A stretch of 64,000 bases of DNA from an uncultured Hyphomicrobiales bacterium (lineage in GTDB: Bacteria; Bacteroidota; Ignavibacteria; Kapaibacteriales; UBA2268), in assembly GCA_964513465.1 (NCBI GenBank), contig CAZEMR010000004.1, positions 550 to 64,549 on the forward strand. The letters are read 5' to 3'. The notes beneath the pieces are model-generated. The model was not told the DNA's origin and made no database searches. It saw nothing but the letters and a program-made list of their open reading frames with translations. Positions 9,178 to 20,000 of this stretch are shown one piece after another; position 1 is the stretch's first letter; every line of letters starts with the position of its first letter. The position numbers and the translations under genes were made by a program.

Positions 9178-12100
9178 TTACGGAGTAACGCTGAATATTT
9201 CTGTGCTCATCGTGGTGATCAGCAGAGTATAATTTTCGGTATCATTTGCGCCATCCACACCATAAACGCGTACCGTATAGGTGCCTGCATCCAGGTAGTT
9301 CACAACGAAAGCCTCGTTGTTCGTGCCCGGGCGGATTGCTCTGCGGATACGGTTTCCGTCCGAATCATAGAATTCAATGTTATAATTCTTGGGAAGCGTA
9401 TAGATTCTGCCTCTGACATTTGGCGAAGCATTGGTAATCGTAAAGCTAAACCAGTCTTCGTCGGTCGAGCTGCTGATGCGGCCTTTGACCGGTGTGTTAG
9501 TGCCGATCGGGGCTGCTGTCAGACGTGTATCATTCGAGCCGAATTCGGCGTCATCGTCGGTTGTACCGGTTGTGGTGGTCAGCTGGTTGAAGTTGCTCAC
9601 GCCGGGATCGGTAAGGTAATTTTCGTTGCCTGCCGAGCCGGTGTATGCATATACGCTGAAATAGTAATCGGTCGAGGGTGCGAGGCCTGTGACCTTGACG
9701 CTTGTACCGGTGCCTTTATAAAGCACAACAGCATCACCGACGCTGGAGCCCGCTCCATAAATCGAGTTGGCTACATAAGTCGTACCATCCGAGGGATGCG
9801 TATCGATTGTCGATACTGCGCGTGCGATAAGCACTACCGGGTCTGCGGTTGCCGGAGCAGTCCACGATACGTCGACTGTTGTCGCGGCAACGTTAGAGAA
9901 TGCAATGCCGGAGGCCTGATCGGTCGGGTCGTCGCCGATTAAGGAAATCTGCTCGCTTACGCCAGCCTGGACTGCGTCGCCACTCGGGTCGGTGGTGGCA
10001 GTGGTGGCCAAAAGCTGGATTCCGGATTCACCGCTTGCATTCGGGATCGAAAGATTGCTGAATATAACTGAATTCGAGCCGATTTCAATATCGCTCTCGC
10101 GCGTTGCCGGTGCGTCCAGTGCAGTTCCGAGATGAGTCGATACGTTTACGGTATAAGCTTTTGTAGCGGTTACCGGATCGCCGTTCTCGTCCTGAAGCTG
10201 GATCGTAACGCTGAAGTTATTACCGCTGGTTGCGGGGTTTGGTGTAACTTCGGTGAATACCAGTTTATATACATCAGATGTGAGCGCTTCGGCAGCGGAG
10301 GTTGAAGTGGCTTCGTCGGCTGTAAATGCGGCCCATGTGCCTTCAAGTTCCGATGCGCTTACCGCAAAGTCGCTCATTGCAAGTTGGCGATCGACTGGTA
10401 CTGTATATGATGCATAATCATAATACGAATCCCACTCGGTGCCATCCCATCTGGCTGCAAATGTCTTGTTTGCGGCCGGAGGAGTGTCCCCGTCGTATGC
10501 GGTGTTCCACTCCAGGCGGACTTTCATGTCGTCGCTAGGAGCTGTGCCCTCGGGCGTTACTGTCCATGCAATCTGCACTGCGTTTTCGGGATCGCCTGCG
10601 CGGCCGTATGTCGGGTTGATTATTTCGCTGGATACTTTGACTACCTGCGAGCTGCCTGCGGTCTCGAATTGCATCGAAATCGGGCGATAGGTGGTTGCTG
10701 GGCCGCCGCCAATCGGGAAGGAAGTCAGAGCATTTGTAACCGTTCTCTTCATATTACCGATAATATGATCGGTAGTTGTAAAGTCCGGTAGTGTGGCCGA
10801 AGGGCCAAAAGTCAGTGTATTGTCGTCGCCTGTGTAGAGATTCTGCTCTGTGCCGCCGGTATAAGATAGCGTGCCCAGTATGGTCAGATCGCTGCCGAGA
10901 GTTACCTCTTCATTGAGCTCTACGTCATATGCGGTGTTGTCTGTAAAGAAGTTTGCGGGAATTTCGGTGTTATCGTCAAAGTCCACTTTCGAGAGTGTCC
11001 CTGCGGTGACCGATCCTGAAATAAGCTGGATCGAACCGGCGAGATCGAGTGTGTACTGATCGATATCGAAATACTGCACGCCTGTGTTGAGGGTGAAGAT
11101 ACCAACAACCGTAAGGTCGTCCGCAAGTGTTTCCGGACGATTTATCTGGAGATTTTGAATAGATCCTCCTGTGAAATATATATTGGAGAAATCTTCTACT
11201 GTGCCGGTACCGCTAAGGATTAATTTGCTATCACCATCCGTGGCGTCCATTTTGTTAGCTGCGTCGCCTTGGCTAATGTCGCCATAGACTTCAAGCTCAG
11301 AAGCATCCAAATCAAGGGTTGCATTCAGAGTAAGATCGCCGTTAACTGTCAGGTTGCCATCAAGTCCATCGGCCGATGTTACCAGCAAATTGTATAGAGT
11401 CGGATCGCTGTCGGGAGTGAAAAGAGCATCTTCGAAGTCTCCACTGACGTGGGTCCCGAATATCTCATATGTACCTGCGTTACCATATATAGTTCCGTTT
11501 GTATAACTTACTGTGCCTCCAACAGAGAGGGTGTTTGTGCCGAGATCGACAACACCATCAGTCAACGTAAGCGTACCGCCGTCGAATACTTTGACGTCGA
11601 TTCCAAGCGCAACATCGCTCGAAGTGCCGGCAGTGTTATTAACAGTCAAAATCCCAATCATGACTGCGTTATTACCTGCATTGCCATCGCCGGTGATGTT
11701 CTGCACGCCTGTGCCGTCGAGCTCCACGGTGCCAGTATTGTCGAATGTCGAGAACGATCCGCTGGAACCGTTGACCGTAATGTCGCCGGAAATATTAATC
11801 TGGTCGCCGAGTGTGACGGCTACAATGACATCCTCTGCCGTAATGCTGTGTGGCATCAGATTGCCATCTGTTCCGGCTGTGAATGTAGCGCCACTGCCAT
11901 TTGTACACGTGATTATGCCATCATCGGCATTGAAAGATGCATTTAACTGGCAATCAAAATATGTACCTGCGAGCGTGAAGTCGCTTGTGGTTGTTACATC
12001 GTTGCCTGCTGTTCCTTCAATTACTACATCATATAGCTGAAGAGTGCCTGTATTGGTAATCGATTTGGTATCTGCGCCAGAGAAAGTCACTGTGCCGGAA

Positions 12101-13581
12101 GTCTGGGTAAGGCTTCCCTCAACACTGATTTCGCCGTCATCCGTTCCGTCGCCAGTAATTGTCATGCTGCTTGCGGTCGTTACCTGCGAGCCGCTGGGAA
12201 CAGTCAGTGTGTAGAAATTCAGATTACCGTTATTGATTATTTGTCTTTCATTCGTGTTCTGCATCGTAATATTGCTCGACTGAGCCGGATCGCCGGTGAA
12301 TGTAGTGCTGGCATCCACCTGAAGATGTCCGCCGATAGTAACATCATATGCCGAGACCGAAGTAGTTGCATTTTCTACATGGACATGATTCAGAGCAATC
12401 GAACCCAGGCTGCCTTTGATCAGGTCAACGTCGGTGCCCCACAAAAAGAATGTGTTGCTGGTTTGCGAGAACGAACCATTTGCGGTCATATCATTAGAAA
12501 GAGTCATCGAGGAAGTACTTACGATCGAAGCCCCGCTCGAAATTGTCATATCATAGAACGAAAGCGGCCCTGTGCCGTTCCGGGTAATAGATTTTGCTGT
12601 CGAGTTCGTAAATGTAATCGTGCCGGCTGCGGGCACGAAACGTCCCGATCCGGTTTTGCTAAGGTCTCCTGTGATAATACAGCTTTCGCCTCCGGATATA
12701 GGGGTAATGTCATAATTCGCGCCGAGCTTCAGATTATAGAAGCTCAGGGTGCCCATATTATTATAACCTGCAACTGCAGCAGCAGGAGGTGCAATAGTCA
12801 CCGTTCCGTCGCTTGCGATAAAGCTGTCGCCGGAATTAACCGTAAGGCGTTCGCGAACTGTTATATTCGAAGATGTTGTAACATCGCCGTCGGCTTCGAG
12901 GTTGACGAATTCTACGCTACCTGTGGAAGGCACGGTGATTGCATGAGTTTCGCCGGCTACTGCTTTGTAGAATACAAAAGTGCCGGATGTATTTGTTTCA
13001 GCAGCGAAAGCGCTGGTACCGGTAAGCGTAAGGTCGCCAGTGGAATACATGCGGGTATCGCCTACATACTGAACTGCTTTGCCGGTTATGGTGATGTCGT
13101 TGAAGTTCAGACCCCTACTTAAGCTATAAGTAGACGATCCATTGGAGATTTCAATCTCGGCATCATCCAAAAAGTTAACATTCAGACGACCGCTGCCATT
13201 GCGGCCCAGAAATGCGTCGTTGTCGTCTTCAGAATCGTTCAGTGTTACATTGCCGTATATATTGAGCGTAACAGTGTCGCCGTCCTGAGGGCGGATTATG
13301 GCCGCTCCACCGCCGTCGTTGTCGTTCCAGCCGATTTTAAGCGAAAGGCATTCGCGGGTTGCGCCGGCGTCCACTTCGCAAGTTTCACCATCAGCAATAA
13401 CAGCATCAACCGATGCTGTCGGTACGCCGTCGCTCCAGTTGCCGGCAGTACTCCATAAGTTGTCGCCGATGGTATTGTTAAAGGTACTTGAAGATTGAGC
13501 CATCGCATTCTGCCCGACCGCAAAAGCCAGAAAGAAGGCGAAAAACGCTGCAATCTTGATTAACCGATTTTTGTTTTTCAT
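9178..13581 (-). CDS. 1467-aa secreted protein with beta-helix-like repeats, FN3 and C-terminal PPC domain
   Basis: Signal peptide 'MKNKNRLIKIAAFFAFFLAFAVGQNAMAQ'. About 1100 aa of degenerate Gly/Thr/Asn-rich ~20-25-aa repeats (parallel beta-helix/adhesin-like). FN3-like module ('...VDVSWTAP...STDYYFSVYAYTGS'). C-terminal pre-peptidase C-terminal (PPC) domain ('DDDAEFGSNDT...DEDWFSF...YNIEFYDSDGN...GTYTVRVYG'). No type-A CTD. Confidence 0.8.
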   Translation of the reverse strand: MKNKNRLIKIAAFFAFFLAFAVGQNAMAQSSSTFNNTIGDNLWSTAGNWSDGVPTASVDAVIADGETCEVDAGATRECLSLKIGWNDNDGGGAAIIRPQDGDTVTLNIYGNVTLNDSEDDNDAFLGRNGSGRLNVNFLDDAEIEISNGSSTYSLSRGLNFNDITITGKAVQYVGDTRMYSTGDLTLTGTSAFAAETNTSGTFVFYKAVAGETHAITVPSTGSVEFVNLEADGDVTTSSNITVRERLTVNSGDSFIASDGTVTIAPPAAAVAGYNNMGTLSFYNLKLGANYDITPISGGESCIITGDLSKTGSGRFVPAAGTITFTNSTAKSITRNGTGPLSFYDMTISSGASIVSTSSMTLSNDMTANGSFSQTSNTFFLWGTDVDLIKGSLGSIALNHVHVENATTSVSAYDVTIGGHLQVDASTTFTGDPAQSSNITMQNTNERQIINNGNLNFYTLTVPSGSQVTTASSMTITGDGTDDGEISVEGSLTQTSGTVTFSGADTKSITNTGTLQLYDVVIEGTAGNDVTTTSDFTLAGTYFDCQLNASFNADDGIITCTNGSGATFTAGTDGNLMPHSITAEDVIVAVTLGDQINISGDITVNGSSGSFSTFDNTGTVELDGTGVQNITGDGNAGNNAVMIGILTVNNTAGTSSDVALGIDVKVFDGGTLTLTDGVVDLGTNTLSVGGTVSYTNGTIYGNAGTYEIFGTHVSGDFEDALFTPDSDPTLYNLLVTSADGLDGNLTVNGDLTLNATLDLDASELEVYGDISQGDAANKMDATDGDSKLILSGTGTVEDFSNIYFTGGSIQNLQINRPETLADDLTVVGIFTLNTGVQYFDIDQYTLDLAGSIQLISGSVTAGTLSKVDFDDNTEIPANFFTDNTAYDVELNEEVTLGSDLTILGTLSYTGGTEQNLYTGDDNTLTFGPSATLPDFTTTDHIIGNMKRTVTNALTSFPIGGGPATTYRPISMQFETAGSSQVVKVSSEIINPTYGRAGDPENAVQIAWTVTPEGTAPSDDMKVRLEWNTAYDGDTPPAANKTFAARWDGTEWDSYYDYASYTVPVDRQLAMSDFAVSASELEGTWAAFTADEATSTSAAEALTSDVYKLVFTEVTPNPATSGNNFSVTIQLQDENGDPVTATKAYTVNVSTHLGTALDAPATRESDIEIGSNSVIFSNLSIPNASGESGIQLLATTATTDPSGDAVQAGVSEQISLIGDDPTDQASGIAFSNVAATTVDVSWTAPATADPVVLIARAVSTIDTHPSDGTTYVANSIYGAGSSVGDAVVLYKGTGTSVKVTGLAPSTDYYFSVYAYTGSAGNENYLTDPGVSNFNQLTTTTGTTDDDAEFGSNDTRLTAAPIGTNTPVKGRISSSTDEDWFSFTITNASPNVRGRIYTLPKNYNIEFYDSDGNRIRRAIRPGTNNEAFVVNYLDAGTYTVRVYGVDGANDTENYTLLITTMSTEIFSVTP

Positions 13582-14019
13582 GATAAATTCCTATTAAATT
13601 GATAAAAATATTTACCTTTAATTTTTATCTTCTTGTTTATTAATTATCCAGCCAAAGCTCTGATGCCTGGCTAATGCGGCAATATTTCAGCCCGGAGAGC
13701 GGATTGAGTTTTGTGTCAGTCTTCTCATGAATCCTCCATAATGAGTGTTACAAATTTCCCTTCCCTTGGGATTTATTATTTCTTGATCTATGTTATGATT
13801 TCTCATCGATGTTTTTTCGGATTAATATCTACCGGTCTTTGCTATCATTATCGGTACGATTATTTTTTTCTTTAGTAAGCCGCTTCAAAAATTCCTTACA
13901 AAGATCAGCCCGGTCAATATTGACCAATCCATTATTTTGGGCTGGGCTAATTTTGCCGGATTTTACATCTGGCACGGGTTAGATTTTTTACTGGATTTCC
14001 AATTTCTTTATTAATAATC

Positions 14020-14044
14020 GGCGCAGACCATTACGGCCTGCGCC
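14020..14044 (-). terminator. hairpin downstream of the 2322-aa gene (possible terminator)
   Basis: GGCGCAG-N11-CTGCGCC inverted repeat 12-36 nt past the stop at 14056. Flanking U-run on the minus strand is weak. Confidence 0.3.
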
Positions 14045-14055
14045 TATCAATGTCA

Positions 14056-17000
14056 TCATTTAATTATATTTATCTGCCTGATCAAACGGAAGTTCTCCGA
14101 TTCGATATACAGATAATAGCTGCCCGAAGAAATCCCCTTCAGCGGGATTACCACTGTGTGGTTGCCAGCAGGGAATACTTCTTCGCCAAGCTGCTTCAAA
14201 GCAGCGCCGCTGATATCCATAAGCCGGATATTCAGCTTTGCCGCTCCGGGTATCGCAAATCGCAATTTTGCGTTATCGCCGCCCGCCGGATTCGGATACA
14301 CTTCTCCGAACTCGTACCCAGCGGGAAGTATGTCTTCGACGCTGCCGATCATAAATGTAACCGCGTCATATTCCATTTCGGGATCGCCGTTCCATATAAA
14401 TCGGATTTTTGCCGTTCCGGTTATTTCGGATGGAGTCCAGTCTGCGTATCCCAATATCGGATTTACTTCGCGATACAGAGTCTCCCAGTGGTTTCCGCCG
14501 CTATAGCTTACCTGGATGTCGAATGCTTCGGCGTTTAGCGCCTGCCATCTTATGCGGGTCTTTACGTCAACTTTCGGGCTGTCGTGCGATCTGGGATAGG
14601 TTATGTCTACCCGTCCGTTCAGAATTTTGAACCGGGAGCTGGTTGCGACAACTTCCCCGCTGGATTCCTCGATCATCCTCACCATTGCGGATTTCGTGGT
14701 TACTTCAGGTATGCGCCAGTTAGCTCTTTTCATTTCGGCATTATATGTGCCAGGTATTCTTTGCCAGTCCGATCCGTCGGCCGAGAATTCGAAGTAGACC
14801 CGATCGATACCCTGTGCAGTCCACTGGATTTCTCCGACTTTCCCTCCGTAATATAGCTGATCACCGGAGGAGGGTCGGATAATTTGAGCAAAAACGGAGT
14901 ATATCGAGAATTTAGCGTCGCTCGTATCCAGCGCAACGCGGCTTCCGCGGTCGATTATGCGCACAAGGCATTCTGTTGCATTGGTTATTGGCACGTTCCA
15001 TTTATATTTAAGCGATGCCGAGGATACCGGTTCGGAATTTATGCTGTTCCAGCTTGCTCCGCCATTGGTGGTATATTCCAGATCGACTTCTTCGTCCGCA
15101 TTGGTGGTCCACTCTACCAGATACTCGCTGCCGGCAATAATACCTTCGCCGCCGTCGGGGCGCACGATTTCGGCATCGTAGAGCACAATCGGAGCCATCT
15201 GCAGAAAATCACCATATGGAGTGGCAAGCACGCTGTCCGTGGTATGAACAGATGTGGCCTCGTGCCATTCGAAGCTTACCAGCCCGGTGGCTTTCCGAAG
15301 ATTGAACTGCAGAGTGCCGAGATAGGTTTCTTCGTTGGGTACTGCGATCCCGCCGGGATTGGCAAAAGCATCGTAGTCGATTTCGATTGTCCGCATATCC
15401 GGGATTGCATTTTTCATGCCTTCGTCCGGCGCCGAAGTCAGCGCGTTATATCCGGCTGTCGTATCGGTAAAGATCACTTCGCCGGTGCCCGAAAGCTTCG
15501 CGAAATCCATCATCGATGAATTATATTTTACTGCGAAGGTGCAATTGGCCAGGCCGAACTGCCTTCCTTTATTTTTAATATAAAAATGAAGATCGACCTT
15601 GCTGCCATTAACTTCCGGCACAGTCCACACTTCATAATCAAGAGGTCCGGCCATCGGACGGTCGCCCGATATTTTGGCATCGGCATTATTCATCGCCGAT
15701 TCCGCAGCGCGGTTGAATCTTGCGCTTAGCCCGGGATTTTCGGGAGCCACTGCAATATTCACATCCGGCGGGGCAATCACATAATTGCTCTGAGGGGCAT
15801 TATTTTTGCCTGTACGGGTCGGGAAGGATATGTCATATAATGAAGATACCTTGCCATGGTTGCGATCGACAATCGTGCGATCGTCTGCGTTGACTAGTCC
15901 GTCGCCGGTGACGTCGCTGCCGATAATCGATGTGCCTGCGTCTACGCGTACGCGAACGCGGTCGGCGGCGTTGATCATTCCGTCGCGCACTATATCTCCA
16001 CCGACCAATGCCGGCATCGCCGAGGCAGAACCGCCTGCAACGCCATTATTGAACACAAGGCCTGTGGTGGAATACCCCACCTTGGTCGATGTGGCAATTG
16101 CATTGCCATATGCTGTGAAATAATTCCCCGACCATGGATTCGTAGTCGCCGAGGGCAGCACATTGTCGTCGGTGCCGTTCCAGCTTTCGAAGTCCCAGCC
16201 GGATTCGATCGGCCAGGTAGAGCGATTATCGCCAACGTACTGGAATGGAGCGGAAAATCTCGACATTACCGGCATGTGGTTGATATGCTCGACCACTACC
16301 CAATAATTCCCATCGGTAATTTCAGTAAACACAAAATTGACATTTCCGAATCTCATGTTCCCGGCATTGCGGTTGGTCGGGTCGCGTTCGTCGTAGCCCT
16401 GTGTCGATTCTGCCGAATCTATCAGAGCGCCGATTCCGCCCGAATTATCCCGATATAATTTAATTCTCAGTCCACCTTCGTCAAAGCTGGTGCCAATATT
16501 TCTGATCTGGTTGCCTGCGACTACGCCGTTGTGGTAGCCCTCGAGCAATACACGAACGGTAAAGTTACTCGCCGGCGTTACGGTAAACAGCGGGCCCTCG
16601 CTTTGAATAGTATTTTGTTCGCCATTGATTGTATATTTTGCCGTCAGGCGGAATCTCGCATTTGTGAGCGCGGCCGCCAGCGGACCCTGGTCGTTGAAGC
16701 TGCCGTCATCATTTTCGTCGGGATCGGCTATCGAAGCATTCACCTGCGAGGCGAAATACTTCGAACTTGTGCCGCCCGAGTATAAATAGCTGGAATTTGT
16801 CGGCAGCGACATCGATTCCTGCGTATTGCCCTGCCAGTAGCGGCCGCCGAGGTACTGATACGGCTGGATCACTTTGCCACCGCCGCCACGGATAGAAAAT
16901 TCGAGCGAAGGCGGGGTTTCCTGGTTGGCGCCAACGTTGAATTCCTGGCCATTATAATTGAAGCCTATCCAGCGCACGCGGACGTCTGTCGCGGTATTGG

Positions 17001-20000
17001 TCACTCTCTCTTTGAATGCGGGCTCAACCAGTTTGACGTAGGGCTCGGCCGGGACGTATCTGAGATCGTTTCCGTAATGGCGGACAATCGAATTCGTGGT
17101 GGGATAATACCCCACGGCGCGATTATATCCATTTTTGATAAATGATCCGCCATTGAACGAATACGCTGCGGCAAGATTTGCTTTGCTTGAAGTAAGCAGA
17201 CTATCGGTCGAAACCGACTGCGCGCCCTGCACGAACAGAGTCAGATCCGTGGGCTCGGTGCCCGATGCCGACACATTATTCGGCAGTCCGTTCCATAGCC
17301 TTACTTCCCGGATTTCGCCTATGAAATTACCGTTGCCGTTGTCGCTGGTTACTATATTCTGCACCGGCGCCGAAGCTGAACCGTCCTGATTCGATATATT
17401 AACGTCGGTCTCGCTCTGAAGCTGTGTTACATTTGTCAGATTTACATCAATATTCATTGGTGCGGTTTCGTCGAATGCCGCGCTGCCAAGAGCCAGATTC
17501 AGATCGTATGCATAAAGCATAATCGATTGCGGCTGGCTGAGAGACCCATTAGTATTGAACACCAGATTGTCGCTCATCACGCTGACATCGGCCGTATTGC
17601 CGGCGGCGGCATCGAGCGTGAGTCCGGATTGGGGATTAGTCGAATCGGCAATCACAAATGCAAGGTTCTTCGGAGTAGCCGCATCGAAGTCCTGAGCGCC
17701 GATTGCGGTATTAATATCCGAAGCCTCGACTTCAATCCGGAATGGGCTGCTGATCACTCCATTATTAAATGTTATAATATTCTCGCTGATCGTATTCCCG
17801 TCAATATTAATCTGAAGTGTATATTCATCCGGATCGGCATTGCGGGTGAATACCAGCTCGAGGTCGCGCTCATCGTTCTGCATATCCTGAATCGTTCCGT
17901 CGATAGTATATGCATCCCCCTCTGCCGCATTCGCATCGAGCGTACCGGTCAGGCTGACCTGTTCGGTCTGGCGCGCGATATCATTACCGTCAATTGTCTG
18001 GGTAAAATTGTATTCATTTAACTGATCTGTTTTAACAAAACTAAGCTCGAGCGTGTGCTCGTTGCCAGCCGCGTCGTAGATCTGAGCGCTGGTGGTTCGC
18101 TCGAAGTCCTCCGGGGTTCCCGAATATATATTCCCGCTGATTGTAACATTTTGCGTCTGCTGGGGGATGGTATCCCATGTCACCATCGTATAGCCGGGAT
18201 TATATCCGATATAAGTAGGATATTCATTCAGGAAATTGACCGAGAGATCCTCCCCAAGCTGTGTGGCAATGCTGTCCGCCCGCTGCACGGTGCCATCTAT
18301 ATAGAAACGGACTTCCGACTGGCCGAGGCCGCTGTTCAGGAATACATACGCGGCTACATGAGTCCAGGCCGAATCCAGCGATACGGAATTAGGCCGGACA
18401 ATCGGCTGGTCGATATCGCTTGTCGCGGTGCGCTCATTGCCCGTTGCATCCATCAGCTTTAGCTGGAGCTGGCCCGTAGGCAACAGATTGAATTCGTAAT
18501 GAAGCTCATTGGCATTGCTGTCCCTTTTCGCAAGAATCGGGAAATATCCTTCTTCTTCGGTGGGGAACCGGTATGGCCTGATCCATCCCTCGATGAATGC
18601 CACATTGCTGGTTATATTCATGCCTTCTTCGCCGTCTATGGCGAGGATATCGCCTTCTTCTATCGGCAGCGCAAAATACGGCGCCACCCAGAAATCATCG
18701 GATATATATGTAAGGTTGCTCTGAGTAAATGCCGATGTTCCGCGCATCCTCATGCTCACCTCGCGGGCATAAGGATTAATCGTGCGCAGATTGGCAGATG
18801 CATTATTATTTTCGTAGGGCTCCCATTGGGCAGTCCCGGTTTCGACGTCAACCGCAAGCGCGCCGCCAAGCTCCGAGCCTGCGGGATTGCGTGCGTAATT
18901 CCAGCTCGAGCCGCCGTCTATCGAATATTCGATAGCCAGATCGGCTGTCCCGGTGGTCGAAATATCGCCAAGACCGTAGGATACCCAGCGAATATCGAAT
19001 ACTTTGCCATTGATATTTGATACGCCGACTCCGCCGGTGGGTGCCGTCAGCCGGATGTGAGGCTGATCGGGACGATAGGTGGTGGCCAGATCGTCTGCCA
19101 CTCCGCCGCTGTAAAAATCGAGCGCCTGAGCGCCGTTCTGATAAGTCGAATTGCTGGCCTCATCGTCTTTTTCGCCTTCGAATGTATAATATAATTCAAG
19201 GCCGCGCCGAAGATCGCCATATGTCGATACATTCGTCGGATCGGAAACCCCGGCCACCCGGTTGCGGATTTCGTCCTGGGTGAGCGCTGTGCGCCATACC
19301 CGCACTCCTTTGATTCCGGCATGGAGATAATCCGATGCGTCGATCGAACCATTGGGATTGACGCCAATCCATACCGGATGCACGGTGGTCATCATACGGA
19401 TATCGGTAGTGCTGTCGTTAACCCGGCGATCGACCAGCTCGCCATTTACATATAAAGATATTTCATTATTATTAACTGTGGCGGTAAGATGCACCCAATT
19501 GCCCGAGTGATCCTGATCGAGCGGCTCGGCGTCCGATTCGGCCATCAGCGAATCTAGGCGATACGCCACCACCTTGCCGAGGTAGCCGTTTTCGCCGCGG
19601 GCCTGAATTTCGCGGACACGGAAGGCCGGATAGCGGCCGTCCTCCAGATAAAGCATCCAGGCGCCCTCGTTAGAATTATAGACGGGGGCTGCGCCCGGAC
19701 CGCCGCTGGACACCACAATTCCCGGCTCCGATCCATAATCCTGATAGCTGTTCAGGTTGAGCCATGTCTCGACCGTTAACTGAGTGGAATTGCTGAAATT
19801 TGTTTCGGTTTTCAAGTATTCGGAAGTACCGTTGAGCTGCATAAAAAACAGGCGTCCCAAAACGAATTTGGCGTCGTTCATATCAATTACGCTGCTTTTC
19901 TGACGCGAGGTAATCGAAGTATTAGTCGATCCCTGCAGCCTGATAACCCTCAGTCGGGCCTGTTCGCTGCGCTCGGTAAAGAATGGATTTTTCGACCAGA